From Phoronis australis (Eukaryota; Animalia; Phoronida): a stretch of 64,000 bases of DNA. Position numbers and translations under genes: made by a program. The stretch spans positions 1-64,000 of the forward strand of contig NMRA01000918.1 in assembly GCA_002633005.1 (NCBI GenBank), written 5' to 3'. How positions within the stretch are numbered: the stretch's first letter is position 1; every line of letters starts with the position of its first letter. Positions 49,301 to 58,859 of the stretch are shown here, one piece after another. The notes below the pieces were generated by a model. It ran no database searches. It was not told where the DNA came from and saw nothing but the letters and a program-made list of their open reading frames with translations.

Positions 49301-52300
49301 AGCCTTAATAACAGTCAAGCAAGCCATTGCAGTATATACAGGTGAATTTCTGTAAACTGACTTTCCTAACTTTATATTGATTTTAAGAAAATGGACCTTC
49401 GCTTCTAAGTTCATAGTCGGTTTCAATGCAATTATAAACCCATTCTTTTTTCCCTTCCCAGTCAAACTTTTTTCAATGATTTGCCATCAAGCATCCTACA
49501 CGTCATATGTCTGTCTGTCTCCCTGCAGGCATGGTGGGTTTCGCACGTGTCTGTCCTGGGGATGTGTTCGACGTGTCCATCCGTCACGGTGCCCAGAAGT
49601 GGAAGAGTCGTGGCAAGGTTGCCAAGATGGGCGGACAGTCGTGGAGTCACGACACGCAGACATTCAAGGCACTTCTGGGCAACGTGTTTGCCATCAAGGT
49701 AGGATGATTGTTGTGCAGGATGACAGCAGGTAGTAACAAGGGCAATTTCCTGTCGGAGAAGTGTACCAGCGTAAATTTGCCAAGTGCAAAATGAAAGCTT
49801 CTGCAAAAACATTGCTATTTCGACTTGCTTTAATGACAGGACATTGTTTGTATCATTGATTTCAGAGAATGTTTGCGCAAAATGACCTCTGTGTGGGTGT
49901 GAGTTTGGTGGGTGTGGGTTTGGGTGGGTCAGGTCTTTCTTATATGTGGGTGCATGTGTGTGTTCATATCCACTGGGATCATATCAATGTTCTTTGCTTT
50001 TCCGCATTGTCTCGCTAAACTTTGATCCAAAATGGACAATTTGTGAATTAAAAGGCATGATTTCTCGTTCAGAGAGACGCCTTCAAATGACCCACCAGCT
50101 GGTTAACTAATGCAACATTCATTGCAGGTGGTGGAGAGCCGAAGTCTGAAGTCGGTGGTTTTAGGGGAGAAGTGCTGCGAGACTAAAGACCTGTTTTCTG
50201 CTCAGCCTCAGTTAATGACTGTGAATGTGAACGCATCGGGAACTCTGAAACTGAGTTTTATCGTCAACTGGAAGTAAGTGTTTGCATGCGTCACGTATTG
50301 TTGAAGACAAGTTTCTTGGTGAAGTGTGAACGTTAGAATTCTTTGTGTATTCCGTTCAAAATGCTGTGGGCGAGTGAAATTTTATTTTGGTATGGTAAAA
50401 TTTCAACAATATCTCGTGTTTCCTTTTAGCCCATTGGATGGCTGTGAAGAAAAGATGACCTACTTCGAGCCACCGCAGCGCTCCCAAGTGTCCAGTAGTT
50501 CGCGCAGGGCTATCTCTATGTACTTGGAGCAGAGTCCAATCTCGGAGGTAGATGGGACTGGCCACGCAAACAACAAGTCACGGCCGTTCTCTTTTCACAG
50601 CGGACTCTTGTACGATCCTACCGCAGAAAACTCGGGGAGACTACGAACTAAAAGTGCAGAAAATATAAATAAAATTGTCAACAGGCCGAACGGTGATTCA
50701 GACCACCGTCTTAGTATGAAATCCAGTACAAGCAGTGAAGGACTGTACACCACTGTGTCCAACGATTCGTCGGCAGTGGCGGAATCTACAAAGGGACATT
50801 TGTTGAAGATGCGAATGTTGGCAGATTCGATTGATACGTCGGAGTCGCGCGACGATGTCTTGAGCCTCGAGGAGGCGTTGAATAACCTACGGACGACGTT
50901 GGAGGACTACCAAGGACACTACACAGAACTACGTCAACTGGAAGAGCAAATACAGAGGCTGAATGAACTCGTTCTGGTAAGGAGAAGTATCTGTGTTGGT
51001 TTCTCAGATCTCTACTTTCAGCAATTTATGTAGGTTGAGGTTGAGGTAGAAAGAAGGTGCCCAAATGTTCTTGAAATGGGACGCCCCAAGGTAGAAGGCA
51101 CATTTCCGAAACAGCGGTCAATACACCTTTAAATTTTTGGGTCGCCAATAACTGTCATGTGATTGGTTACTCATTGTTGTACTTCACTAAGCACAATTTG
51201 TTGTTCTCAATTCATGAGCAGATAATTCAAGTATTTTCTGATGCTGTTTCTATTGAACATTGGTAAGTAAGTGGCTAATATCAAGAAATGTTATTTGTGG
51301 GCACTTAAGAAACTTTTTTACTTAGAGCAGGAATCCTTAGAAAGTGAAATTGTATAAACGACTCATTTGCAGAAATCCAGCGAGCTGGACGAATCCTCGA
51401 CAGATCCGGTTGGGACCAGTTATGATGACGCGACACTGACACGTTCCATTGAGACAGTGATTGATGCATTTGATTTCCTGGACACTGTGGAAACCGAAGA
51501 GGGGGAGGAGTGCAGGCCACAGAGGTAACCATGGCGACGGGGTCTCATTATAGAATAAATAGAGGAAAGGTTTTCAATGTATACTTCCAGGCTTTTCCCA
51601 ACTCAAAAATGTTCACATTCAAAAAATTTGATGTTGTGTCGAAAATGTATTCCATCCATTTATTCGCATTGTAGCAACCTCTATTATTACAAATATGGAA
51701 CTTTTTGCTGACATCATTCTTAGGTAAAGGATACAGACAATTGTGAAATTCCAATCCAATCAAATGTAATGGAGCGCACTTGTTAACGTGTTGACAATCA
51801 TTCAGGAGTTAATTACAGAGACTAGTGACGCCCTCACGCACACGCTCACATCATCTGCATACGTCAACTGTTTGGGAAGGATGTCGAACAAATTTTATCT
51901 TAAAAGAACTTGTATTTATAGAACTCGTTGTCTATCAGCTGTTGCACTGGGTTTGGCCTAAAGTGGTTCATCTTTCAGCTTTATTACTTCCCCAAATTTC
52001 ATCTATATTAAAACTCTAGAATATGTCTTTTATTTCTGAATTTTCTGTTTTACATGATGTATTGAATCAGTTGCAAGTGTGAGGTGTCTGTTCAGACAGG
52101 GGCTTATCATGTTGCTCTTGTTCGCACAGCCCCCCAGCAGACTCTGATGGGCTCGCCAGCCTCGTACGTAGTCCCGAGTCTACGGCCAAGACAGCTGACT
52201 CTGGCATTGAGTCTCTGGCCAATCAGCTGAGCGAGGATGGCGGGAATGACTCGAGCGTGGATTCGGGTGGCGAGCACATAACGACGGGTAACGAGCAGGT

Positions 52301-55300
52301 GGACCAGGCACTACTGCACCACCTGTGTTACTGTGATAGGTTGATGGAGGTAAGGGGGTGTGGCCACTGGCTGTTGATTGATTCGTTGCTAAAGGGTGCT
52401 GTGTTGTACTGTTAGTGGGAACAGAAATCTGTTGGGTTTAAACGTATTTTTATGGAATCTTTCTGTGGTTGATACCAAACCAATAACGGTTCAAGGTAGT
52501 CTTAATGCATTCATGTTTGTGTTCATTCATACTCACGAAGTGGTAGCAGTTGGTTTTTTTTGCACATCACTTCATTGATTGCGTACACAAAACACTGGTT
52601 TGTGACAGCTCTCTGGGGATCATAATTTCTATGAATGAAAAGTCATTGTTGCCTCATGATAGACATAGCAAAATTTATCTTTTGAAACTTCCTGTATTTG
52701 CTTGGAAATTCTTAAAATCTAATTGTGAATGTTTTCGTTGTTTACAGAATATCTTGTTGCTTTGCAGAGTCTGGGCAATTTTGGCCCACTGAAGTGTCGC
52801 GAGATTTACTCATTGGACAACTTGCAGCAACAAGCCGACATGATCAAACAGTTGATAGATCTGGCGGAGGAGGGGCCTTATATTGTGGATATACATAAAG
52901 GTAGGGGCGGGACAAGAAGTGCATATTGTGGGAGGGGTAGTAAACTGTGGATATACATGAAGGTAGGTGGGGCCAGATAGGCAAAAATGTAGGAGTGGTC
53001 TTACAGTGTGGATATACGTAAAGGTAGCAAAGACAAGAAGTGCAGGTGGGAGGGGCTGTAAATGTCGAGATGAGCATGATGATAGGTGTGGCCAAATGGG
53101 GGTAAATGAAGGTGTGGGCTTGTATTAAGAATATTGAGCAAGATATGCATAATGTGGGAGGGGTTGTGAACTATGGAAATATGCATGAAGGTGGGTGGGG
53201 CCAAATACTGGTAAATGTAGGTGTGGTCTTACATTAAGGATATTCATAAGGTAGGCTGGGTAAGATATGCATAATGTGGGCGGAGCATGAGGATTTTCTT
53301 GGTGCAATAAGGTGGTTATCTTAACTTTGGAACTTCTGACAGTTTTTGGTTTGTGAGGAAAATTCTGAAAGTTGACTTTGTATTTTGTAAAAGCGCACTT
53401 ATCGGGTTTGTTTGTAGTTATGTCTTCGTTAACGAGTGATAAAAGCCTGAAAGAGTTCTGGACAAAGTGTATTGACGGGTCATCACTATGCGTCAACACC
53501 GAGAGGTTCCTAGCACAGCTGGAGCGCGAGTTTGGCGATCTAATCCGCGAGCGTTACGACACAGGGGCTACCAAAGGTAACAATAAACAAATTATCAATG
53601 CGTTGGAGGCGACATAGTGGTCATGGAGTTGGGTCGCTCTAACCCCTTTAAGAAGCCACCTGTTAATATGCTGCAGTCATATGGTATGTGGTGTGCTTTG
53701 TACATGTTACTAGTGTTGACAATAAGTTTAAGATTTTCAGCGCATTAACACTTTCAGGTTATCTAGGACTTTAATAAGCGACCTCGAATCTAAGTCAAAT
53801 ATCGAAAAAAACTATGCTTTATCAACCATTAAAAGTATATATTTTCTGAATGGAGAAAGATTGGGGATTTAAAAAATATGTTTTTTACTTCCGTGTCTTT
53901 ATTATTGTCTAGTGACCACAAATTTTAAAGTCAAATTTGCATGTAAGAAAGATACATTCGTAGCAAAATAACCCCTGGCCAATTTTACTAAAACATTTTT
54001 TATATGAAAACTTTAAGTTACGTCTCAAATACGCTGTTAGGATTTTGCTTTAAAATGCCTAGTTTTTGCTTACGGAGCAATATACGAATAAGACCGCTGT
54101 TTTTTTAAAAAAATGCCTTGTGTTTTGCAAGTTAATTTTTGGCATAAAACCCAAACTAAGTGAATAATCAAAAATTCCTAGATAACCTTAATTGTAAACG
54201 TCCAACTACTGCTTTTTAACATTGTTGGAACATGAACACAACTTCTGCTTTGCCAAAATTTCACAATATATTTTTAAAAGTACTCAATAAAATAGTCAAA
54301 TGGCCTGTTTGTGCGAGTCCTTGTATATTTTGGTCCGCAAACTTTTAATCTTGTGCAAGCTGATCTTCCATAAGTTTTGCAGCCATGACAATTTTCAAGA
54401 TTCTGGAAAAACTTCTAAAGAACGCGTCTGTTGGTCGCATGGTTCGTTGAATATTGCTGGTCTAAAATAGCACCTGGTCAGAGTTTGATTATTTGTGGCA
54501 ATGTGGTGGTCTTATTGAAAATTGTATCTTACTTTCAGTGCTGCGTGCTGTTGTCGCCAAGTTCCTGGACATTCGGGTGTTTGATCCGGAAAAAGCAGGT
54601 TCACACAATGAGATTACACTGTACCAGTTCATGGGCTACCTGCAGTCATGTGAACGAGAGCTACACAACTTTGTAGACGAAGTGGCCGCCGAGGGTAAGA
54701 TGTCTGGGCTGGGGTAGCGATGTTAACTGTAAGAATATGTTTGCTTGGAGCTGAGAGTTTTGTTTGTTAAGCTCAATGTTGAAGACTGTCATCGCTTGGA
54801 TGGGGCTGAAGAAATGTTTGAGAGAAGTGGGCATTCTGGGTAAATTTTGTGTCCTTGATAACAGTGTTTATCTGATTCATTTGCTACCTAAAAACATCTA
54901 CTTGTTGTTAAGCCACAGGGTAGTTACGAACATTACTTGAATATGTTTTGTAATGTGGAAAAGAGGGCAATTATTATAATAATAATGATAGTAATAAACT
55001 TTAAAATAATTCACTCTAGTCAGGTATTCAAACAATCACTATTCAAGTCAAATTTTTAAATTTTGTACTTTTCTTAATACTCTCAACATTGAAAGCATTG
55101 GATAGTTTGGCTTTTAATGTTTTACTCTAACCGTGTCATGTTCTTTCTCTCATAGTCTGGCTGTGTGGTCGTCTGCGGTCATGTAACGTGGACATTGTCA
55201 TCAAAACCCTCCTGACCTTCACGAGGACCGTCCCACCCACAGAGTGTCTCAAGCTGATCCCACTTCTCCTGCTGTCGGACAGCGCGGACGTGCGAGTCAC

Positions 55301-58300
55301 CGCGGGTAGGTCAAGGTCATGACCCTGCATAATTTGTTGTATGTTAGCCATGTATTGCATAGCTAACTATAGATGGCGCTGTACCATTGCAACCGATTGG
55401 TACAATTCTGTGATGTTGTTCTTTGCATTAGGTGACTTCATCTCCCATATACCCAACACAAAGCATGCAAGGAGTGCCTTCTTTTGCTTTAACTTCTGGG
55501 CTCACTTTGCTACTGCATGTTTGCTACCCTCAGACTTCAGTAGTGTCACTAATATCCCATTAATTACCTATAGATTAGAAATATTGCGGATGCGCGAATT
55601 TATTGGCTTGATTGTTTATTGCCCTGTAAGATAACGGCTTTCCAGTGGTCTTAGTGGAAATCTTAGCAAGGTCAGGTCTTCCATCAATCTTCCCTTCACT
55701 ATTATCCAATTAGATTTACCTGGTCATGCAACCGTTAGCTTGTGTCCATGAATTTTTCAAAAAGTCTTATAATATTTGTAAAACAGAGGTCACCTATGCT
55801 GCATTGTAATAAATTATTGGCAGAAAAGTCTAACGAATTCCGGACAAAAATAATTGCTAAAATTACCCTTTCAAAAGCTTCAATTGTTGATAAAGCCCAT
55901 CATTTCTCTAGTCGTCGTCTGATATGAGCTATGGTATAACTGAAAAATGATCAAGCATTTATTTGGCGTCACTTGTGAAAGAATAAAAAAAAACAAATTC
56001 CAGTCGAGTCCATAATTGGTGAGATTCTACCGTACTTAAAGAAGCAAATCTTCATTTGTCAATCTCTTGTTGGTGTCGTTTCAGAGACCTATCTACGTGA
56101 TTTGGTGACAGAAGCAGAAATCAGAAAAAAGGTGAGAATTTGTCTTTGTCTCATGTACGTCTGTAAGGTAACACTCGGCTTCTTACGCGTGTGGCACACG
56201 GCATTTACTAACAAACGTCCAAAAAATGGGTTTTCCGACATGATCTGGTGAGACGCTAGTCACATCCAAGACTACATACGTAGTACATACATTCACTAAC
56301 TGTACAACCAGTTCCACCTGATATTAAAATTGATACCATTGAAGTGAGTTTTCCTGTATTAATCTCATTATTCACGCAGCGCCTTTAGACAGCCTGGCCT
56401 TGTTTAGGCCGCCAGCATGTAGGCAACTTTGTGTAAACTAAAATACTGTCAGTCAGGTTTCTGGTTGTATTTTCTTTTTCATTCGGAGACTTTGGGATTT
56501 CAGTAGTCCATTATCCACTTTTCCGAAGACTAGAGAATGCAGAAAGCACTATGTCATTTTGTTATTATTGTGTACACAGTCAATTATTTGGAATGGAACA
56601 TGTTTGTATCCGCTTTATGTATGCTATAAGCGATATACTTCAACGACTAGTGTTCAGCATGTAGGATTCAGTTTCCATCGGTGCTGTGCATTTATTAGGA
56701 ACTGACACCAGCATATTATACCCGGACTGTGACCCTGCAGAGGTGCTGCTGCTTACGAGCGGCATCAGTGCAGTATTAAAGGTAACCAAAACAATGGTAC
56801 TGTTCGAACTGTGGTCACATCACGTGACCTAGTGAATATGAGTCTGAAGATTTCTGCCCTAACGAGAACTCGAAACAAGTAGCTTGCTGACCAGACTTAG
56901 AATTGGTTGCTATACACATTTCTACGCGGGTTTAAGATTTATTTATTTATTTATGGCTCAGTGGACTAGAGCTTCTGCACGCTTAGCAGAAGGTCCTGGG
57001 TTCAAGTCCTGGTTGGGACAGAAATCTTTTCAGACTTATATTCATTAGATCACGTGATGTGGCCAGACTTAGAAATGTTTTTTCCAAGACATATTTCGCG
57101 TCATTTTAAGATTGATCAATTTATGTAGGTTCTGTATATTGTAATGTTTTCTTTCCCCAGGTCTTGGTCACTTTTGTTGAAGGCTTAGAGGATTCCAATG
57201 CGGATATTCGCTGTGGTGCCTGCATTGCTCTTCGGGAGCTGAAGGTAAATTTGTATTATCACATATCAAGTGATCCTTTGTTTGATGTTGACTGCTGTTA
57301 ATAATCACGGTTCAGTGTGTTGGTCGACCTTGGCTTGTACCATAGTTGCCAAAAGAAATCGGTCAAAGTTCCATTTCTCAGTCCTGATGTGTCGGTCCAG
57401 TTACTCTGATGGTGAGCTACGATTGCACTTGACCAGCCATCTTAGTGCGGAATTAATCCTGCGTGCACTCAAGTCTCTTGAGGGGGTTTCCGGATCATTT
57501 TGTCTCTTTATTTTTGGCTGTATTTTGTCGATGTTTAGTGTTAGTTTGGGAAACATCAAGGAGAAGGCCCTGTTTGTTTCCCGCCTTTTGAATATTTTTC
57601 TGCAGTACTTTTATGCATGATCAATAGGTGGAGGCAGAGTAGTCACAGCAGTTACTGTTAAAAACACAGTGAATGATGATATAGGTACTTTGTAATCGAG
57701 CAATTTGAGGCATGGTAACTCTTCCTATTTTGCTCACAACATGGTTGACTAACGTGAATTTTTTTTTCTAATTGATCAATTATAAGTAAAGATCAAGAAA
57801 TTTCTAGTTCATTTTTAGCTTGGCTTGTACTGTGTAGATGTCATCGAGCAGCATGTTCTGTTTATTTGCTGCGAAGAAAAATGAAAATTTTAGCTACTAT
57901 TTTTGTGTGAAATAAGTGAAGAATTACTGTACGTCTTAGTTGAAGGAGTAAGCGCAAGCCAGTGTAGGAGCAACCTGTTGTTCTTGTTGCTTAGCAACAC
58001 TCAGAGAGTCTATTCCATTGCAGGCAGTGGAGGCGGTGGATCAGCTGGTATTTATATGTGAGACGGACAACTCGTCAACTGTACGTTCGCGGGCCAAGGA
58101 GGCCCTGCTTGTGCTGGGTAGGTTGGTTGTGGTGCATAATACCTTGATATTAAACACGCGGGATTACTGTATCCACGGGACGACTTAGTCGTTCCTTGCG
58201 CTGCCTCCAGATGAAATTTTTATTGGTTATTTCGTTGACGATGGCGTTGACGTTGGTGATAACCGTCATTTATGGATGAAACAAGAGGCATCTGTTGTAC

Positions 58301-58859
58301 AAACAAGAACTAATTTAAAAATGCTCAGGTGTTTATTGTACACATGAAATGCAGTCTGGTATGAAAATGTCTCATGAAACTGCTATGGAACCTGCTTTCT
58401 GTCAAAAACACGTTTGTTTCATCGAGGCCTGTAAACCTAGTCTCATTCTTTTACCTATTATTTGGATTTGAAGTGTCTTTGGAGTTTTGAAGAACTGACA
58501 ACATTCAACAGATTGAACTCACCCAGTGTGTCATTTTTTCCTGAGCTTGGTTTCAAGTAATATTAATAAGAAATTGTCAATTCTTCCTAATCCCAGAAAA
58601 AAATTTATTCAGAGTAAGGAACAATTTGTTATTGGCACCAGTTTTATAACAAGTGGGTTAATAATACCATTGCATGAACAATTTCAACTTCATAATTCAC
58701 TCGAGCAAACCATTTGCAAAATCAAGTGCAGTGCAGTTCCTTCTGTCTATATATTACCCTCAAATTTAAATTTTCTTTGCAGGTGAGGAAGGTAAGGAAG
58801 CCATTAGCATAGCTGAGTTGGGTTTGCATGGATTTCAAGGGTTGTCTGTCTACAAGTAG
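40203..58859 (+). CDS. RIPOR: Rho family-interacting cell polarization regulator (RIPOR/FAM65 family), 19 coding exons, about 913 aa
   Basis: join(40203-40316, 42657-42778, 44664-44748, 45706-45729, 46851-46904, 48564-48771, 49529-49698, 50128-50273, 50430-50976, 51373-51524, 52130-52349, 52768-52900, 53418-53576, 54539-54694, 55156-55305, 56085-56131, 57161-57244, 58024-58117, 58783-58859) = 2742 nt, all GT-AG, open to TAG. Recalled RIPOR motifs: KRSSSFAG, PKVPRP, ERYKKRLEFHLAKVEEL, QLRDG..M..AY, KMKGMVGFARVCPGD.F.V..RHG.QKWK.RG, DLF.A.PQ...VN..GTLKL....W, LEDYQGHY.EL..LE, AFDFLD, and a C-terminal ARM/HEAT-like helical region. The vertebrate paralog number cannot be assigned. Confidence 0.93.
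40747..41070. repeat. Two ~162-bp tandem units with a GAT/GAC core
   Basis: Each starts CTTGGCGAAATTAAC (40747, 40909), followed by (GAY)n and ...AAGAAA.AGG.TACAGTCT. Confidence 0.75.
41100..41944 (-). mobile_element. Helentron/HINE-like non-autonomous element
   Basis: Perfect terminal hairpin TACTTGGCGAAAT-TT-ATTTCGCCAAGTA (41917-41944) next to an A-rich tract; CAAGAGC at the opposite end; internal repeated GCCATCTT/ACTTCCGG blocks. Confidence 0.55.
42657..42778 (+). CDS. RIPOR: RIPOR exon (PLGSG...MPKVPRPGRASVMFKAIADGI)
   Basis: tttacag acceptor, AG|gtaggc donor, phase 0 to 2. Confidence 0.9.
44353..44484. mobile_element. Small hAT-like MITE (CAGTGGCGGAT...ATCTGCCCCTG)
   Basis: Imperfect 11-bp TIR, G/C-run interior, flanking direct repeat GTATC. 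Confidence 0.65.
44664..44748 (+). CDS. RIPOR: RIPOR exon (EYIFVTQQDIDSL...SGMQ)
   Basis: tttcag acceptor, CAG|gtaggc donor, phase 2 to 0. Confidence 0.88.
45706..45729 (+). CDS. RIPOR: RIPOR 24-nt microexon (ARHLECRK)
   Basis: cctacag acceptor, AAG|gtaatt donor, phase 0/0. It fills an ~8-aa length deficit relative to recalled vertebrate RIPOR coiled coil. Confidence 0.6.
46851..46904 (+). CDS. RIPOR: RIPOR exon (RLKAAERYKKRLEFHLAK)
   Basis: ttgcag acceptor, AAG|gtgagt donor, conserved RLEFH motif. Confidence 0.95.
46993..47141. mobile_element. PIF/Harbinger-like MITE
   Basis: TIR GGCCCAATTGCATAAA / TTTATACAACTCAGCC (12/16 match), 3-bp CAG on both flanks. Confidence 0.5.
47880..48467 (+). 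mobile_element. Helentron/HINE-like non-autonomous element
   Basis: Starts TTTATACGCCC followed by a (TA)n/(TG)n microsatellite, has internal ACCTCCTAGTGG repeats and ends GCTCTTGTT. Confidence 0.45.
48564..48771 (+). CDS. RIPOR: RIPOR exon (VEELSDCYQIQSQLRDG...CKMK)
   Basis: tttcag acceptor, G|gtaaga donor; lies within ORF 48555-48902. Confidence 0.95.
49529..49698 (+). CDS. RIPOR: RIPOR exon (GMVGFARVCPGD...FAIK)
   Basis: ctgcag acceptor, AAG|gtagga donor. Confidence 0.95.
50128..50273 (+). CDS. RIPOR: RIPOR exon (VVESRSLK...GTLKLSFIVNW)
   Basis: ttgcag acceptor, AA|gtaagt donor. Confidence 0.95.
50430..50976 (+). CDS. RIPOR: RIPOR central Ser-rich exon (PLDGCEEK...LNELVL)
   Basis: ttttag acceptor, CTG|gtaagg donor; lies within ORF 50326-51033. 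Confidence 0.93.
51373..51524 (+). CDS. RIPOR: RIPOR exon (KSSELDE...IDAFDFLD...RPQ)
   Basis: ttgcag acceptor, AG|gtaacc donor, FDFL motif. Confidence 0.9.
52130..52349 (+). CDS. RIPOR: RIPOR exon (PPADSDG...TTGNEQVDQALLHHLCYCDRLME)
   Basis: gcacag acceptor, GAG|gtaagg donor. Confidence 0.9.
52768..52900 (+). CDS. RIPOR: RIPOR exon (SLGNFGPLKCRE...VDIHK)
   Basis: ttgcag acceptor, AAG|gtaggg donor. Confidence 0.9.
52865..53290 (+). repeat. Degenerate ~61-bp minisatellite starting in a RIPOR exon end and donor
   Basis: Units GTGGGAGGGG...TGTGGATATACAT.AAG GTAGG, with GT at 52901, 52963, 53024, 53191 and 53251. Confidence 0.75.
53418..53576 (+). CDS. RIPOR: RIPOR exon (MSSLTSDKSLKEFW...GATK)
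   Basis: ttgtag acceptor, G|gtaaca donor. Confidence 0.88.
54539..54694 (+). CDS. RIPOR: RIPOR exon (LRAVVAKFLD...ITLYQFMGYL...AAE)
   Basis: tttcag acceptor, G|gtaaga donor. Confidence 0.9.
55156..55305 (+). CDS. RIPOR: RIPOR exon (WLCGRLRS...DVRVTA)
   Basis: ctcatag acceptor, G|gtaggt donor. Confidence 0.88.
56085..56131 (+). CDS. RIPOR: RIPOR exon (TYLRDLVTEAEIRKK)
   Basis: tttcag acceptor, AAG|gtgaga donor. Confidence 0.88.
56812..57065. mobile_element. tRNA-derived (SINE-like) fragment plus inverted partial copy forming a foldback
   Basis: A box TGGCTCAGTGG (56954) and B box GGTTCAAGTCC (56999); 56812-56866 is the reverse complement of ~57000-57065. Confidence 0.6.
57161..57244 (+). 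CDS. RIPOR: RIPOR exon (VLVTFVEGLEDSNADIRCGACIALRELK)
   Basis: ccccag acceptor, AAG|gtaaat donor, HEAT-like sequence. Confidence 0.92.
58024..58117 (+). CDS. RIPOR: RIPOR exon (AVEAVDQLVFICE...AKEALLVL)
   Basis: ttgcag acceptor, G|gtaggt donor. Confidence 0.92.
58783..58859 (+). CDS. RIPOR: RIPOR terminal coding exon (GEEGKEAI...LSVYK*)
   Basis: ttgcag acceptor, TAG at 58857-58859; candidate AATAAA at 60009 and 60721. Confidence 0.9.

Noticed and set aside
52865-53290. CRISPR-like repeat-spacer array (also considered 6878-7068 and 40747-41070)
   Set aside because: Units are degenerate along their whole length, have no unique spacers and no cas genes; the context is a eukaryotic intron.
56954-57020. 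tRNA gene
   Set aside because: A and B boxes are present but there is no acceptor stem pairing or canonical anticodon arm; treated as a tRNA-derived repeat.
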